Assembly: GCF_009914755.1 (NCBI RefSeq)
Contig: NC_060933.1
Strand: one strand, 5' to 3'
From: the human T2T-CHM13v2.0 reference genome, Homo sapiens
Length of the DNA: 64,000 bases
Both the position numbers and the translations under genes were made by a program. The notes under the pieces were generated by a model. The model saw nothing but the letters and a program-made list of their open reading frames with translations. It ran no database searches and was not told the origin of the DNA. Of the stretch, positions 1-12,975 are shown piece after piece. Every line of letters begins with the position of its first letter. Position 1 is the stretch's first letter.

Positions 1-1521
1 CTGCCTGGTTGGGGTGGTGGGGAATGTGAACTCCATGGAGTTCCTTGTTGCCAAAGCAGAAAGAGTCAAGTAGGAGGATTGATTGATGAGACAAAGACAT
101 CTACAGATATTAGATCATGGAAGCCCTTATATGTGAAGAGCCTAGACATGTGTCTATAGATACCATTCAATTATTTAAATCCTTTAAGAATGAGCTTGGT
201 GTAGTCAGATTTATATTTTATTAGATTATACTGACTATCCTATAAGGATAGACTGAAAGTAAACAGGAATGAAAGAAGGGAGACTTGTGTGAACGTCATT
301 ACAGCAATCCAGGAGAGGGAGAGATGAGTCTTGACTTAATTTGGAATGATTGGCCATTGATATGATATGGCTGACAAGGGAAAAAGAGAAGTTGAGGATA
401 AAACATCCTCCAAGTTTTAACCTGGTGCTTAGGCAAGGATGAATTACCAAATTCATGAAAAGGAGCTGGTTTGGGGACATGTTGTGTTTGAGGGGTGAGC
501 TGGAGTGGTCTAGAAGGCAAATATCCAACTCTAAAACTCCCAACTCTAAAACTTAGAAAAAGGTGTGGATGAAAGAGAGATTCTCTCAAGTTAGTGACTT
601 ATAAGTGTTAATAAAAGTTATGGAGGTGGAACACCTTACTTAAGGAGAACGTGAAACTGTGGGCAACTTTGGAGACTTCCAATCTGTAAGAGGAAAAGAA
701 GCCTAAAAAGGACCAGAGATTAAAAAAAAAAACAGTGATAGAATTGTGACATATTACAAGAATCAGAAAAATTAGTGTCCTAGGTGCCAAGGAAATCCAG
801 AGTTTCAAGACGGGAAAGAAATTAACAATGTCAAAGAGATTCAGTAAGATATGAACTGAAAAACACTTATTGGAATTGGCACTTCAGAAGCTGTTATTGA
901 TTTTAGTGATATCTGTTTTAATGAAATGATTGGGACAAGAAGCTAAACTGCAGCCAATTGAGGAGTGTATGGGAGGTGAAAAAGTGGAGGCAGTGAGTGT
1001 AGGCAACTCTTCTGAAATATATGGATAGGATGCTACCTTGTTAGAGATGAACATAGCATAAAGGCAGTTATGTTTTTTGAAAGTTTTTTTTGAGGATGGG
1101 AAAAATTACTATTTTTATACCATGGGGGAGAAGGTTTTATATAAGAAAAAGGAGGTGATGACTGCGAGAATAAGTGTGGGTGTGGGAGAAAAAAGTGGCA
1201 TCAAGGAAACACATCCTCTGAGACTGAGAAAAGAAGAGGCAATAAATGGTAGGCTGCTGAAAGTTGAGAAATATGATGCCAGAGGCATAATTTTCTCAGT
1301 GGGGTAAAAGACACAATCTTCTGCCAGTAATGTGGGGTGTGGGGAGTTGAATGTGGAACTAAAGGAGAGTGATAGAGGTTCAGAGTTGCTAAGAAGAAAA
1401 GGATGCTCAATCATGGGGTCTAAAGAGGGAAAGGAATAAAGGCTGAGAAAATGCCAAGTGCCTAGAGGAAGCAAATGCATGAGAAAACTAGAAGGTAGAG
1501 GGAAGTTGAAGACTTCAGAGG
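1..1521 (-). mobile_element. L2 LINE remnant (ORF2/3' region), interrupted by an LTR at 1522
   Basis: Purine-rich antisense L2 signature such as tttggggacatgttgtgtttgagg (~470-495); contiguous with the endonuclease-containing piece at 1919-2429; boundaries approximate. Confidence 0.7.
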
Positions 1522-1918
1522 TGTCTTGGTATACTTTGTGCTGCTACAACAAAATACCCCAGACTAGGTAATTTTATAATGAACAGAAATGTATTGGCTC
1601 ATCATTCTGGAGGCTGGAAAGCAAGGGGCCATGTCTGATAAGGGCCTTCTTGCTGCATCATCCCATGAAAGAAGAGCAAAGAGAGGGCAAGAGAGAGGGA
1701 GAGAAGGGGGCCAAGCTTGTCCTTTTATGATGAACTCACTCATGTGATAATAAACCCACTTCTATACTAATGCAGAATGCATTAATCGATTCATGAGGGT
1801 AGAGCCCTCATGGCCTAATCACTTCTCATTAGGCCCCACCTTTTAACATTGTGGCATTGGGGATTAAGTTTCCAGCATATGCTTTTTTGGGGGTACGGGA
1901 GTGCTTCAAACCACAGCA
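1522..1918 (-). mobile_element. MaLR solo LTR (MSTD/MLT1A-like)
   Basis: TG...CA ends (tgtcttggtt ... aaaccacagca), MaLR internal motifs (tggctcatcattctggaggctgg, ccctcatggcctaatcac); gagg on both flanks. Confidence 0.85.
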
Positions 1919-2750
<832 letters not shown>

Positions 2751-2767
2751 GAAGTCAATACCGAGAA

Positions 2768-2964
2768 GAACATAATGAGACTTCATCTCTCCAAAAAAAT
2801 TAAAAAATTAGCTGAGTGTAGTGGCATACATATGTGGACCTAGCTACTTGGGAGGCTGAGGTGGGAGGATAACTTGAGGCCATGAAGTTGAGGCTTCAGT
2901 GAGCCATGATCACACCACTACACTACACCCTGTATGACAAAGCAAGACCCTGTCTCAAAAAAAG
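2768..2964 (+). mobile_element. 5'-truncated old Alu (AluJ-like right arm plus linker)
   Basis: Linker aaaaaattagctgag followed by ctacttgggaggctgaggtgggaggat ... agaccctgtctcaaaa. Confidence 0.9.
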
Positions 2965-3669
2965 AGAAATGAGAATGGGAGACCAAGAGAAATCAGATGT
3001 GGCCTTTCATTTGTGATGGAGAATTGCAGAGATGGGGGCCTGGTTAGAAGATACCCTGCACCCACATCCCACTCCATTACGTAGTCTGACTGTGGCCCAT
3101 GTGCCTGTGATGCCAGAATGGGCCCAGGTCTTAGTGTCCAGCTGGTCTCAAAGAGATTATGAGGGTTGCTGGAGGTCTACAAACAGCTCTCCAGAGCCTC
3201 CCCCTTGCCTCCTGATATTCAAAGAAAGTATTCTTAGCTCAACCCACATTAATTTTTTATCCAAGATAAATCTTCCAATTAAAAAAAATCAATTCTCAAT
3301 CCTTTAAAATATGCTAAATTAAAATGTGCAAAACAACTATTATCTTCTTCCTTTAAAGAGAAACAGAGAAGTCTTTACATCTGCTTTTTCCTATTTTTTA
3401 GCAGAAAAAAATGGAGCAAATGATGTGGTTGAAGCCAAGGTTGTCTATAAAGTGTGAAAGCATTTCCTTTCCTTTCCCAGCAGCCAGGACTAACACTAGG
3501 AGGGAGAGAAAATCAGCATTAAAGTTTTACTTAAATTACAAAACGGGGCGAAGACCTTGCCCAAAGATGATATCTCATGTCTCCTGTGACAGATAATGAA
3601 TGACTCAAGACAAAGGTCATTCTCTTTGTTATTTAAATAGTTTCCAAGAAGTTCATAAGCTGTTCCATT

Positions 3670-3905
3670 GTGGTGTGTTGTGGTGCTGAAAGCATGCTCA
3701 CCCGAGAGTTCAGAGAATCTGCTGGATCTGCTCTTCACTCTGCCACCTACTTGCTGTGACTTTAAGTTTGATCTTCTGTTTCTCTGTTAAAAAAAAATAA
3801 TAAAATAAAAAAAATAAATAAAAGAACCTAGGCCATGGCGTTGCTATGAGGATTAAATGAGATAATGATGGAAAAATTGCTTTGTAAAACGAAAAGCATT
3901 TTACA
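3670..3905 (+). mobile_element. MIR SINE
   Basis: ctctgccacctacttgctgtgact and tgaggattaaatgagataat core motifs. Confidence 0.7.
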
Positions 3906-4048
3906 TCTGTATCCTGGAACAGATGCTTCTACATCTGCTGCCTAATTCCAGGCAATAGGAATAAGGATAAGGGCAGAAAAGTGAAGTCGGGTAGGCAGGA
4001 TGTAGTGGGACAGGCAGGGTCCTGAATGTTTCTCAAATCACACTGCAT

Positions 4049-5850
4049 GGGAGTGATGTCAGCGAGATGGCAGAATAGGAGGCTCCTGGCTTTCCTTTCT
4101 CCCTTGTATGCAACAAATAAACAACTGCACGCAGATAAATTTTCTCTGAGAGAAAGCCAGAAACTGGTTGAGAGACTCCTACTCACAAGGTAACTGAGAA
4201 AATATCTACATCAAAATGGATAGGAAACACTGAGGCACACTTAGGCACAAACCCCACCCCAGATACCACATCTTACAATTGGGAAGGAATCCCCAATTCC
4301 CAGCTTCTTACTAAGGAGTGAAGTATTTGGAACAAATAAATACTACCCCAACTTTTACAGTCCTCAGCCAAGGGACTGGTTTTTTTAATACTTAGCTCAA
4401 GAATTGACAGGGCTCTGCATTTGTGAGTCTCCATGGATCACAGAGAACAAAGAGATGGTTTTAATGAGCATGTGAGCACTTCCAGTAGCTGTATCCCCTG
4501 GGCTCGGTGCAGAGAATAGGCTAAAATGCCCAGTTCCTAGTTTCTCCCTGAAAGGAGTTTGCACACTTTTCCAGTTGCTGCCTGAGGGTTGGACCTCTAA
4601 CTAGTCTGCATCTGGGAGCTGATGGACCTCTGGGACCTTGAATGGGAGTGTGGGCACTTCCTGCATCTTCTTCTCTGGCTCATTTCAGAGATAAATCCAG
4701 GTCTGCATATTCTCCCTGTAAGAAGTTTGTGCATGCATCAAGTGCACCAACTTTTACAGCTCCCATCACAGAGAATGCCTTTTTAATCACTTAGCTCGGG
4801 GAGTTGGTGGGACTCTCCATTCCTGAGCCTCCCTAGACCGCAAAAGAACAAAGAGGTGGTTTTTCAATGGGCACACGGGCAGTGGCTATACCCCCAGTAT
4901 CAGAGGGTGTGGTTTGAATGACAGTGCAGGCATTCATCACAGATTCTCTCCCCAGCTTAATGCAGAGTGAGTGGGAGATGAACTCCAGCTCTGTTTCTTC
5001 CTGAGTATAGAAAGAACTGGAACATATATCTAACATTTAACTTCTCCAACTGCATCTCAAAGAACTGGCTTCTATCTCATCTGCCTTGGGAAACTGATAG
5101 GATTTGGCACACCCAAATCTTCTGGGGGCCACTAAGAACAAAGAAAGGGGTTTGGACAAGCACGAAGGTTTGAGAGGCACCTAGAACCTCTCACTGAACT
5201 GATTGGTGAGGTCCATCTTCTATGTTAGGTTAGTCTGACAAAACTGGGAGATGAAACTGTCTTTCATGTACAAAAACTAACAGAGAGTCAAGGAAAATGA
5301 ATAAACAGGAAAATATGTTCCTAATAAATGGACAAGAAACCAGACCCTAATGAATGGAGATATATGATTTACCCAATAGAAAATTTAAAAGAACGATAAT
5401 AAAGATGCTCAGCAAAGTCAGTAGAGCAATGCATGAACAAACTGAGAATTTTAACAAAGTTATAGAAACTACTAAAAAGCGTCAAACAAATCATACAGCT
5501 AAAGAATGCAATAATTAAACTGAAAAATTCAATAGAGGAGTTCAACAGCAGACTAGAGCCAGCAGGAAAAAGAAACAGTAAACTCAAAGACAAGTAATTG
5601 GAAGTTATCCAATCTGAGGAGCCAAATAATAATAATGATGATGAAAAGAGTGAAGATAACTTAAGAGATTTATGGGACACAATCGGTGAAACAATATACT
5701 CATTATTAGAGTCTCAAAAGGAAGTGAGAGAGACAGGAACAAAGACCCTATTCAAAGACATAATGGCTGAAGATTTTTCAAGTCTGGGGAAGGAAATAGA
5801 AATCCAGATCCAGAAAGCACAAAGTTAAAGACAAAAAGAAAACATACTTT
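4049..5850 (+). mobile_element. Old L1 (L1M-type) 5'UTR plus degenerate ORF1
   Basis: L1-like start gggagtgatgtcagcgagatggcagaatagg; ORF 5598-5828 reads LRDLWDTI...IMAEDF..LGKEIEIQIQKAQ, typical of L1 ORF1p. Confidence 0.85.
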
Positions 5851-5918
5851 TGAAATTAGACTTCTTTTAAATTCCAGATCCCCAATGTAACATTGGGCAG
5901 GAGCTTAAACAGTTAAGT

Positions 5919-6056
5919 CTCATTTTGTCTTTAACTGTCAGCAATTTGATTATAATGTATCTCCTTATGGGGCTCTTTGGGTTCATCTTATTTGATGTTC
6001 TTTGTCCTTTCAAGATCTGGATTCCTATTTCCTTCCCCAGATATGGGAAATCTTGC
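5919..6056 (-). mobile_element. Inverted duplicate of L1 ORF1 segment
   Basis: Minus ORF reads FPYLGKEIGIQILKGQRTSNKMNPK..RYIIIKLLTVKDK, i.e. L1 ORF1p, overlapping in content with the plus-strand copy. Confidence 0.85.
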
Positions 6057-6645
<589 letters not shown>

Positions 6646-7608
6646 AAAAAAAGCAATGAAAGGGACAATATAAGTAAATCAATGTGTAATGTTAATGTTT
6701 CATCCAAAATTTTCTTAAATTCTGTGTGTTCATGAGTCCTGGTGTCCTAATTTATCTTTTATCCAAGGTAGATTTGGTGTTAAGTGCCCATTATTTAGAG
6801 TTCTTAAGATGAAAGGATAGTCAATTATCCTAGAATTGCATCTGCCCTCCTATAAACGACTAATTACCAATGCCAGAAACTTCAACCAACTTCTAAACTT
6901 TTACCCCAAAGACTCAATTAAAACAATTTAATAGCTCCTATTTCAGTAGTTCATACAACATTTGAACATTTGGTTCCATATGCTCCAGTTTTCACAATGC
7001 ATTAGGTTTGTCACTATTATTTTCTACACTTCTACAAATAATTTCCAAATTTTGGTCCTAAATTAGAATACTTTGTATGTACAAAAAATTAACATAAATA
7101 ATAGCAATTTATAACTCTACATGTTTTTTATATATCCAAATTATTACCTAGGCTAAATCATGCCATGCCTGATTTATTGTTCTGTGTTAATTGCAATGAT
7201 AGCCATAAAGAAGAGATGTAGCAAGATGTATTTGTAGTTAATTTTGTAGATGGGATGCAAGATGTTTTATAGGTATGAGACAGTTTTGACAAGATAGCAG
7301 TCAGTTTTTAATTGGGGTTCTTCCTTGGATTTGGTGTGGACATGGTCAAAAATTTGTTTTGCATGAATTCTTCCCTTAATCCCAAATAACTAAAATAAAT
7401 TTAACTGCTACAGATTTTTGGGGGGCACAGGGTAATTCTAGACTTACAATTAGCATCTTCATTCACCCAGGAAAAACAATACTATTTGAAGACTCTATTT
7501 TGTCACATTCTACATCATTCCACCATCACTCACACAAAGCAATTTTGGTCCCTCCAGAAAATGAAATGAAGCTTTATTCCATGTCTGCCTTTTGGCATAA
7601 TTCAACTG

Positions 7609-7686
7609 ATCTTCTACAACCTTCACTTAGTAATCTGTAAGTTGCTCACAAAAGAAGCTCTTGTCTCATCTTGCAATCATGTGATT
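7609..7686. repeat. 78-bp segment duplicated at 8311-8388
   Basis: Direct comparison: 75/78 identical, no gaps. Confidence 0.95.
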
Positions 7687-8269
7687 TCCACTGTTCCATG
7701 ATAGCTCAGAATACGACTTGTTTCTGCAGGTCTTTTCATACTTCTTTTTTATCAATGTATTTACTTTTTGAAACACTTGTGGGCCAAAACTGTGATTATG
7801 CCAAGGACCAATGAGGAATCAGGCCCCTCACAGGGCCTTACCCCCAAGTCTTTGTGCAAGGTTGCTTCATCTGGTGCTCCAAGAGTTAGAGACACTGATA
7901 CTGATAACTCACTGATATCTTCTCTCATCTAATAAACTATCCTTTGCTTAGTATTGTCAGTTTAACTATCCCCCCATACCTTTTAAATCTTTTGCTAAAG
8001 GAATTATGGTGACACGGACAGAAAGTCCCATAGACACTTCTTCACCCCATCTTTCTTCTTTCCTAGATGACATCTCTCTCTCTCTCTCACTCCCTCTCTC
8101 CCCTCATACACTTCCCACAAGTGCAAAACTCCTGAGACAGGAGCAATTTGGATTGGATATGGCTGCAGCATAATGAGCTGGGAAGAATGGAAGAGCATGC
8201 ATTTCATACATTAGCTACAGGCATAATGTTATATGCCTGTAAAATAAAAAAAAATACATATATGCCTTA

Positions 8270-8700
8270 CAAGCTAGAAATGTGTCATTCCCAACTCCTT
8301 CCTCTCTCTCATCTTCTACAACCTTCACTTAGTAATCTATAAGTTGCTCACAAAAGAAGCTGTTGTCTCATCTTGCAACCATGTGATTGCATCCCAAGAC
8401 TCACTGGGATCCAAGTCTTGTTGATTCTTCCAAAACCTCTCAGATCAGTCTCTTCCTTTTCACCCCTAAGGCCACTCTTCTTGGTCTCTCTCACCTAGAT
8501 CCTGGATTTAATCTCCTGCCTGCCTCTGCTTTCTTCCCACTTTAATCTGGTCTTCATAGAGCTGCCTGAATGATCTCTTGGAGATATAACTCAGATATAG
8601 CTCAAACACCATCAATGGTTCCCTGTTGCTATTGGATGAAGTCCGAATTCCTTAGCCTCTCTTTGGAAGCCTACATAATCTGGTTCCTCATCTACTTTTT
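8270..8700 (+). mobile_element. L2 fragment carrying the 78-bp insertion
   Basis: ccaagtcttgttgattctt, gctcaaacaccatcaatggttccctgttgc, gaagtccgaattccttagcct are L2 3'-region motifs. Confidence 0.7.
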
Positions 8701-9669
8701 GAGCCAATGTTTTCACTCTGAGTCTAGGCCCTGTTGTGACAGGGCCATTCTTTTGAAGTTGGAGTGTTGATCTTCTCTTAAAATGCAAGTTAAATGTGAA
8801 TTGAAGCCATAATCTACCATTAATCTTTCAGCATGCATCAGGAAAGCAGATGTTTCTAGAGTCAGTCACTGTAGACAGAAAATTGGACCAGAAAGGAATC
8901 AAAGTAAAGAGGTAGGAGGGAAGAGTTAGGCTCAGAGCTAGGAGTAAGGATCAAGTTTAAGTCTGAATCTGAATTGAGTAGCTCTTGGGGGCAAGGAAAG
9001 TACATGAAGAGTGGGAGTAAAGGAAAGCTGTAGAGTCATTGACAGGAAGTGGATGGTAATTTATAAATAATTCATAATTCATAGAAGGCCAGAGCCAGAA
9101 ATGACTGGAGGTCATCAAGTCCCACACCTTATGACATTGAAAAAGGTAACCAATTCAGAGAGGTGAAACGCCTAGTCACACTTGTTCATCAAGCCTGCAG
9201 GAAATCCAGCTGGCCCTTAGGCCCCCAGACTCCCAAGCCATGCTGTCTCATATTACTTCCAACTAATCCATCCTCCCACCCTCCCCAGGGTGGATGATTT
9301 CATGGAGTCAGGCCAAGAAACAGGGAGCTGAATGTTTCTTTAGAATGTAGCAAAAAGAAAAGAGGAAGAGGGTTTTTTTTTCACCCCTCAGAAATTGTAC
9401 TTTCCCTGGCATTCAATGGAGGCACCCAGGTCCAAAGTGACTGAGTCAGAGACAGAGGCGCCTTATCTTGGGCTATGTTGATTTGACACATAGAGAAGCT
9501 GACAGGAAGACAACCAAGTCCCTTTACTTGACTGCCATGATAAGTGAATTGGAACAGCTATGCAGCCTGGCCAAGGAATCATTTGGAAAGATATCATTAG
9601 GGTAGCCAAGAGAAGAAAATCAATGCCTGGCAACCAACCTAGTGGCCTTCTATAGTTAAAAATAGCATA

Positions 9670-9865
9670 GCATCATAATCTTTCTAAAGAGGTTTCACAT
9701 CCATTATATCAAATTCTCCATCCAACATGTCTGTGAGGTAAGTATTATTTTCACTATTTAAAGATGAGGAAATGAGATAGAGAGGGCACATCCAAGGTCA
9801 CAAGAGCTCATAAATAGAAGAGTTGGAATTGGGGCATAGGTCTGGTGATTTCAGATCCACTTGAC
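9670..9865 (-). mobile_element. MIR SINE
   Basis: tttaaagatgaggaaatgag...ccaaggtcaca core. Confidence 0.75.
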
Positions 9866-9871
9866 TAAAGT

Positions 9872-10260
9872 CATTCAGCCTTAAACAGGAATGAAATTCT
9901 GACACATGCTACAACTTCAATGGACCTTGAAGATATTATGCTAAGTGAAATAAGCCAGACACTGAAGGACAAATACGGTATGATTTCACTTATATGGGAT
10001 ACCTAAATTAGTCAAATTCATACAGACAGAAAGTGGGACAGTGGTTACCAGGGACGGGGGGAAGAAGGAAAAGGGGAGTTATTGCTTAATAGATACAGAG
10101 TTTCAGTATGAGATGATGAAAAAGTTCTGGAAACAGATGGTGGTGATAGTTGTACAAAAATGTGAATGTACTTAATACTACTGAACTGTATATACACTAA
10201 TAAATGGTTAAAATGGTGAATTTTATGTTATGTGTATCTTACCACAGTAAAAAATAAAAT
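9872..10260 (+). mobile_element. L1MB-type 3' end
   Basis: gaatgaaattctgacacatgctacaac...attatgctaagtgaaataagccagacac...aaatggttaaaatggtgaattttatg, A-rich tail. Confidence 0.92.
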
Positions 10261-10614
10261 TTTTTAAAAAGTAAATTTACATGAATGTGGTGATACATAT
10301 TTTCTAACAATTTCGTTTCTAAATCAAAGTTTATAGGGTGTTAAAAAAAAAAAAAAACAAAAAAGGTCGTAGTTTACAGAAGAGGAAAGTGAGGGCCAGA
10401 GAGGGTCAGGGATGAATGTGGGTCAGTTAGAAAATTAGGAAGAGTAAGGCCCAGCAAGTGTATTCCCGGGCACTGTTAGTGCTTTCTAGCCTTAATCCCC
10501 CTTCCCTTTACAAAACCTCCATGGCTAGCTACCCTATGCTAAACACTTACCATGTACCAGGCCATGGGCTTTTGTGGGAACCTTCTCTCATCGATCCAAT
10601 CTTTAGCTGATGTA

Positions 10615-11531
10615 GTGCTCCAGGACTCAATCTTGGATCTCTTGTTTGCCAAATCCACTCCTTAAATTGATTTAGGTCAGTTCCATGGCTTTCTCCCTAA
10701 GTTACATCTCCACTTCTGATCTCTCCTCTGAACTCAACATCTCCTCAATTAGAAATGCTAAAGCATCTCAAATTTAATATATCTCAAACTAAACTCTTGA
10801 TTTATCTCCCCCAAACTTGCCCATCATCCAGTATTCTCTGTTTCAGTAAATGACAACTGTATTTCTGTTACTTGGAGTCAGGCTTGACACCTCTCTTTCC
10901 ATCACAACCATTCTATCAAATCCATTTGCAAATCATCCTATGAGCTCTACTTTAAAAATATAGCCTGAGTCTGATCATTTCTCACCGTCTTCCCTGAAAC
11001 CAGCCTACTACAAATTAACATCACTTCTTGGCCAGACTATGGTAATAGCCTCCTGTAGTGGATGCTGTGATACACTAATCAGATTCCCCTTCAGGACCAC
11101 ACTGTTCATTCCTCTAGCTGCTAGGAGTTTTGGCTGCTAAAGGCTCATAGTTGCATCCGTGTTTGGGAATGGCCCTTGGAAAGGAGCTGCGTCATCTAAG
11201 GCTGCGCTTCCCCTAGATATCCACATGGGGCAAGACCTCATTTAATTCAGCTTTCTCTGTTCAAATGTCATTGCATTATGAAGGCTATCCTTGACCACCG
11301 CTATGAAAAATCATAATCTCTTTTATTCCGTAGCTCCCTTACCTTGATTTAATATTTTTTTCACAGCATTTATCAGCCTCTGACTCATATTCATCCATTT
11401 ACTTATTTTTCTGAAATGTAAGCGCTCTCTCTGCTCTTTTGAGAGACAGAGAGAGAGAGAGAGAGTATGTGTGTGTCCATCTGGTTAGCCCCAGCACCTA
11501 GAACAGAGGCTGGTGGCACATGGTGGACACT
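10615..11531 (+). mobile_element. L2 (L2a-like) remnant, interrupted by an LTR16-like fragment
   Basis: gcatctcaaatttaatatatctcaaactaaactcttgattt; 3' end ccccagcacctagaacag; tail resumes after 12040. Confidence 0.75.
11054..11220 (+). mobile_element. ERVL LTR fragment (LTR16C-like)
   Basis: tgtagtggatgctgtg...cagattccccttcagg start resembles the LTR16 family. Confidence 0.65.
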
Positions 11532-12040
11532 TGTGTCAGTTTCCTGTTGCTGCTGTAATAATCACTACAAACTTACTGGATTAAACAACATGCATTGATG
11601 ATCATACAGCTCTGGAGGTCAAAAATTCAAAATGGGTCTCAGTGGGCTAGAATCAAGGTGCGGGTGGGGCTTCATTATTTTTCCTGGAAGCTGCAGGAGG
11701 GGAAAGTTTCCTTGCCTTTTGCAGCTTCTAGAGGCAGCCTGCATTCTTTGGTTCATGGCATTGTTTCTCCATCTTCAACGCTAGCAGCACAGCATCTTCA
11801 AAACTCTCTCTACCTCTGACTTCTCCTGCTTCCCTCTTTCACTTTTAAAGACTTTTGTGATGACATTGGGCCCACTCAGATAATCCAGGATAATCTCCCT
11901 ACTTTAAGGCCAGCTGATTAGCAGCCTTAATTCCATCAACAACCTTAATTCCCCTTTGTCGTGTAACCTAACATCACCACAAATTCTGAGGATTACGACA
12001 TGGACATCTCTGGGAAATGTATTATCTGTGTCTGCCAACA
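11532..12040 (-). mobile_element. MaLR solo LTR (MLT1D-like)
   Basis: tgtgtcagtttcctgttgctgctgtaa ... ataatccaggataatctccc ... cagctgattagcagccttaattcc ... gccaaca. Confidence 0.88.
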
Positions 12041-12079
12041 ACAACATTCAATGAGTATTTGATAAATAAATGACTGAAT

Positions 12080-12240
12080 TATTATCTAATTTCACTCATC
12101 AAGTAATTCCTTAGAATCAATGTAATTATTCTTCCATTTTACACATGAGGGAAATGAAGCTTGAAAGGTTAAGTCACCTAGCTAATAAATAGCAGAGTAA
12201 AACTCAAACAGGCTAACTCAAGACAGTTTCTGACTGTCCC
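12080..12240 (-). mobile_element. MIR SINE
   Basis: ccattttacacatgagggaaatgaagc...ggttaagtcac. Confidence 0.65.
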
Positions 12241-12779
12241 CACTTGTTTCATTTTTCTGTTGTCAGCTTACAAATCTACCTCCTTGACTAGACTCAGAGC
12301 TCCTAGAGGAGAGAGACCATGGTTTGCATATTTACAACCCCAAAGCCCAGCCCAAGGCATGGAAAATAGCAATAATAATAATAGTAGTAGTAGTAGTAGG
12401 AATTTACTGAGTACTTAACAAGTGCCAAGTGCTGATATAAACACTACCTGCACCCAGAAAACGTATTGAGTAAATGTTGAGTGGATAAAACCAGCTTTTC
12501 TCACTAAATCCCAACAGCTACATTTTTAGCCCTATCTAATACTCAAGTTCTATACTATAAATGTGCAGATTAAGTCATATTAAATTAGAGAGGCTCTAAA
12601 ACATCATCAAGAGTGGGTTTATTTCTGTCTCCTGGTCTGAATCCAGAATCCCAAGTCATTATCCATCAGTCTGTCTAATGAGTGAACATTCACTGTGAAT
12701 AGATTTATCCATTCTAGATTAAGAGTTTGATTTGACAAACTAAAAAATAGTGACTAAGATATCCAGAGGTCTTCACAGT

Positions 12780-12975
12780 TTCCTAAGCACTTTCACAAGT
12801 ACACTTAATTCTCAAAACAACATTGTACTTAGGGGAGGGATGTATTATTACCCCCATTTTATGATAGAAAAAGCTTGGCTCAGAAAACCTAAATAGATTG
12901 CCCAAGTTCACCTAGCTAGTGAGAACCACATTCCAGGTTTCCTGACTTCTATATCCACATTTTTCTACTATGTAG
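12780..12975 (-). mobile_element. MIR SINE
   Basis: attattacccccattttatgatag...ttgcccaagttcacctagctagt. Confidence 0.7.
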
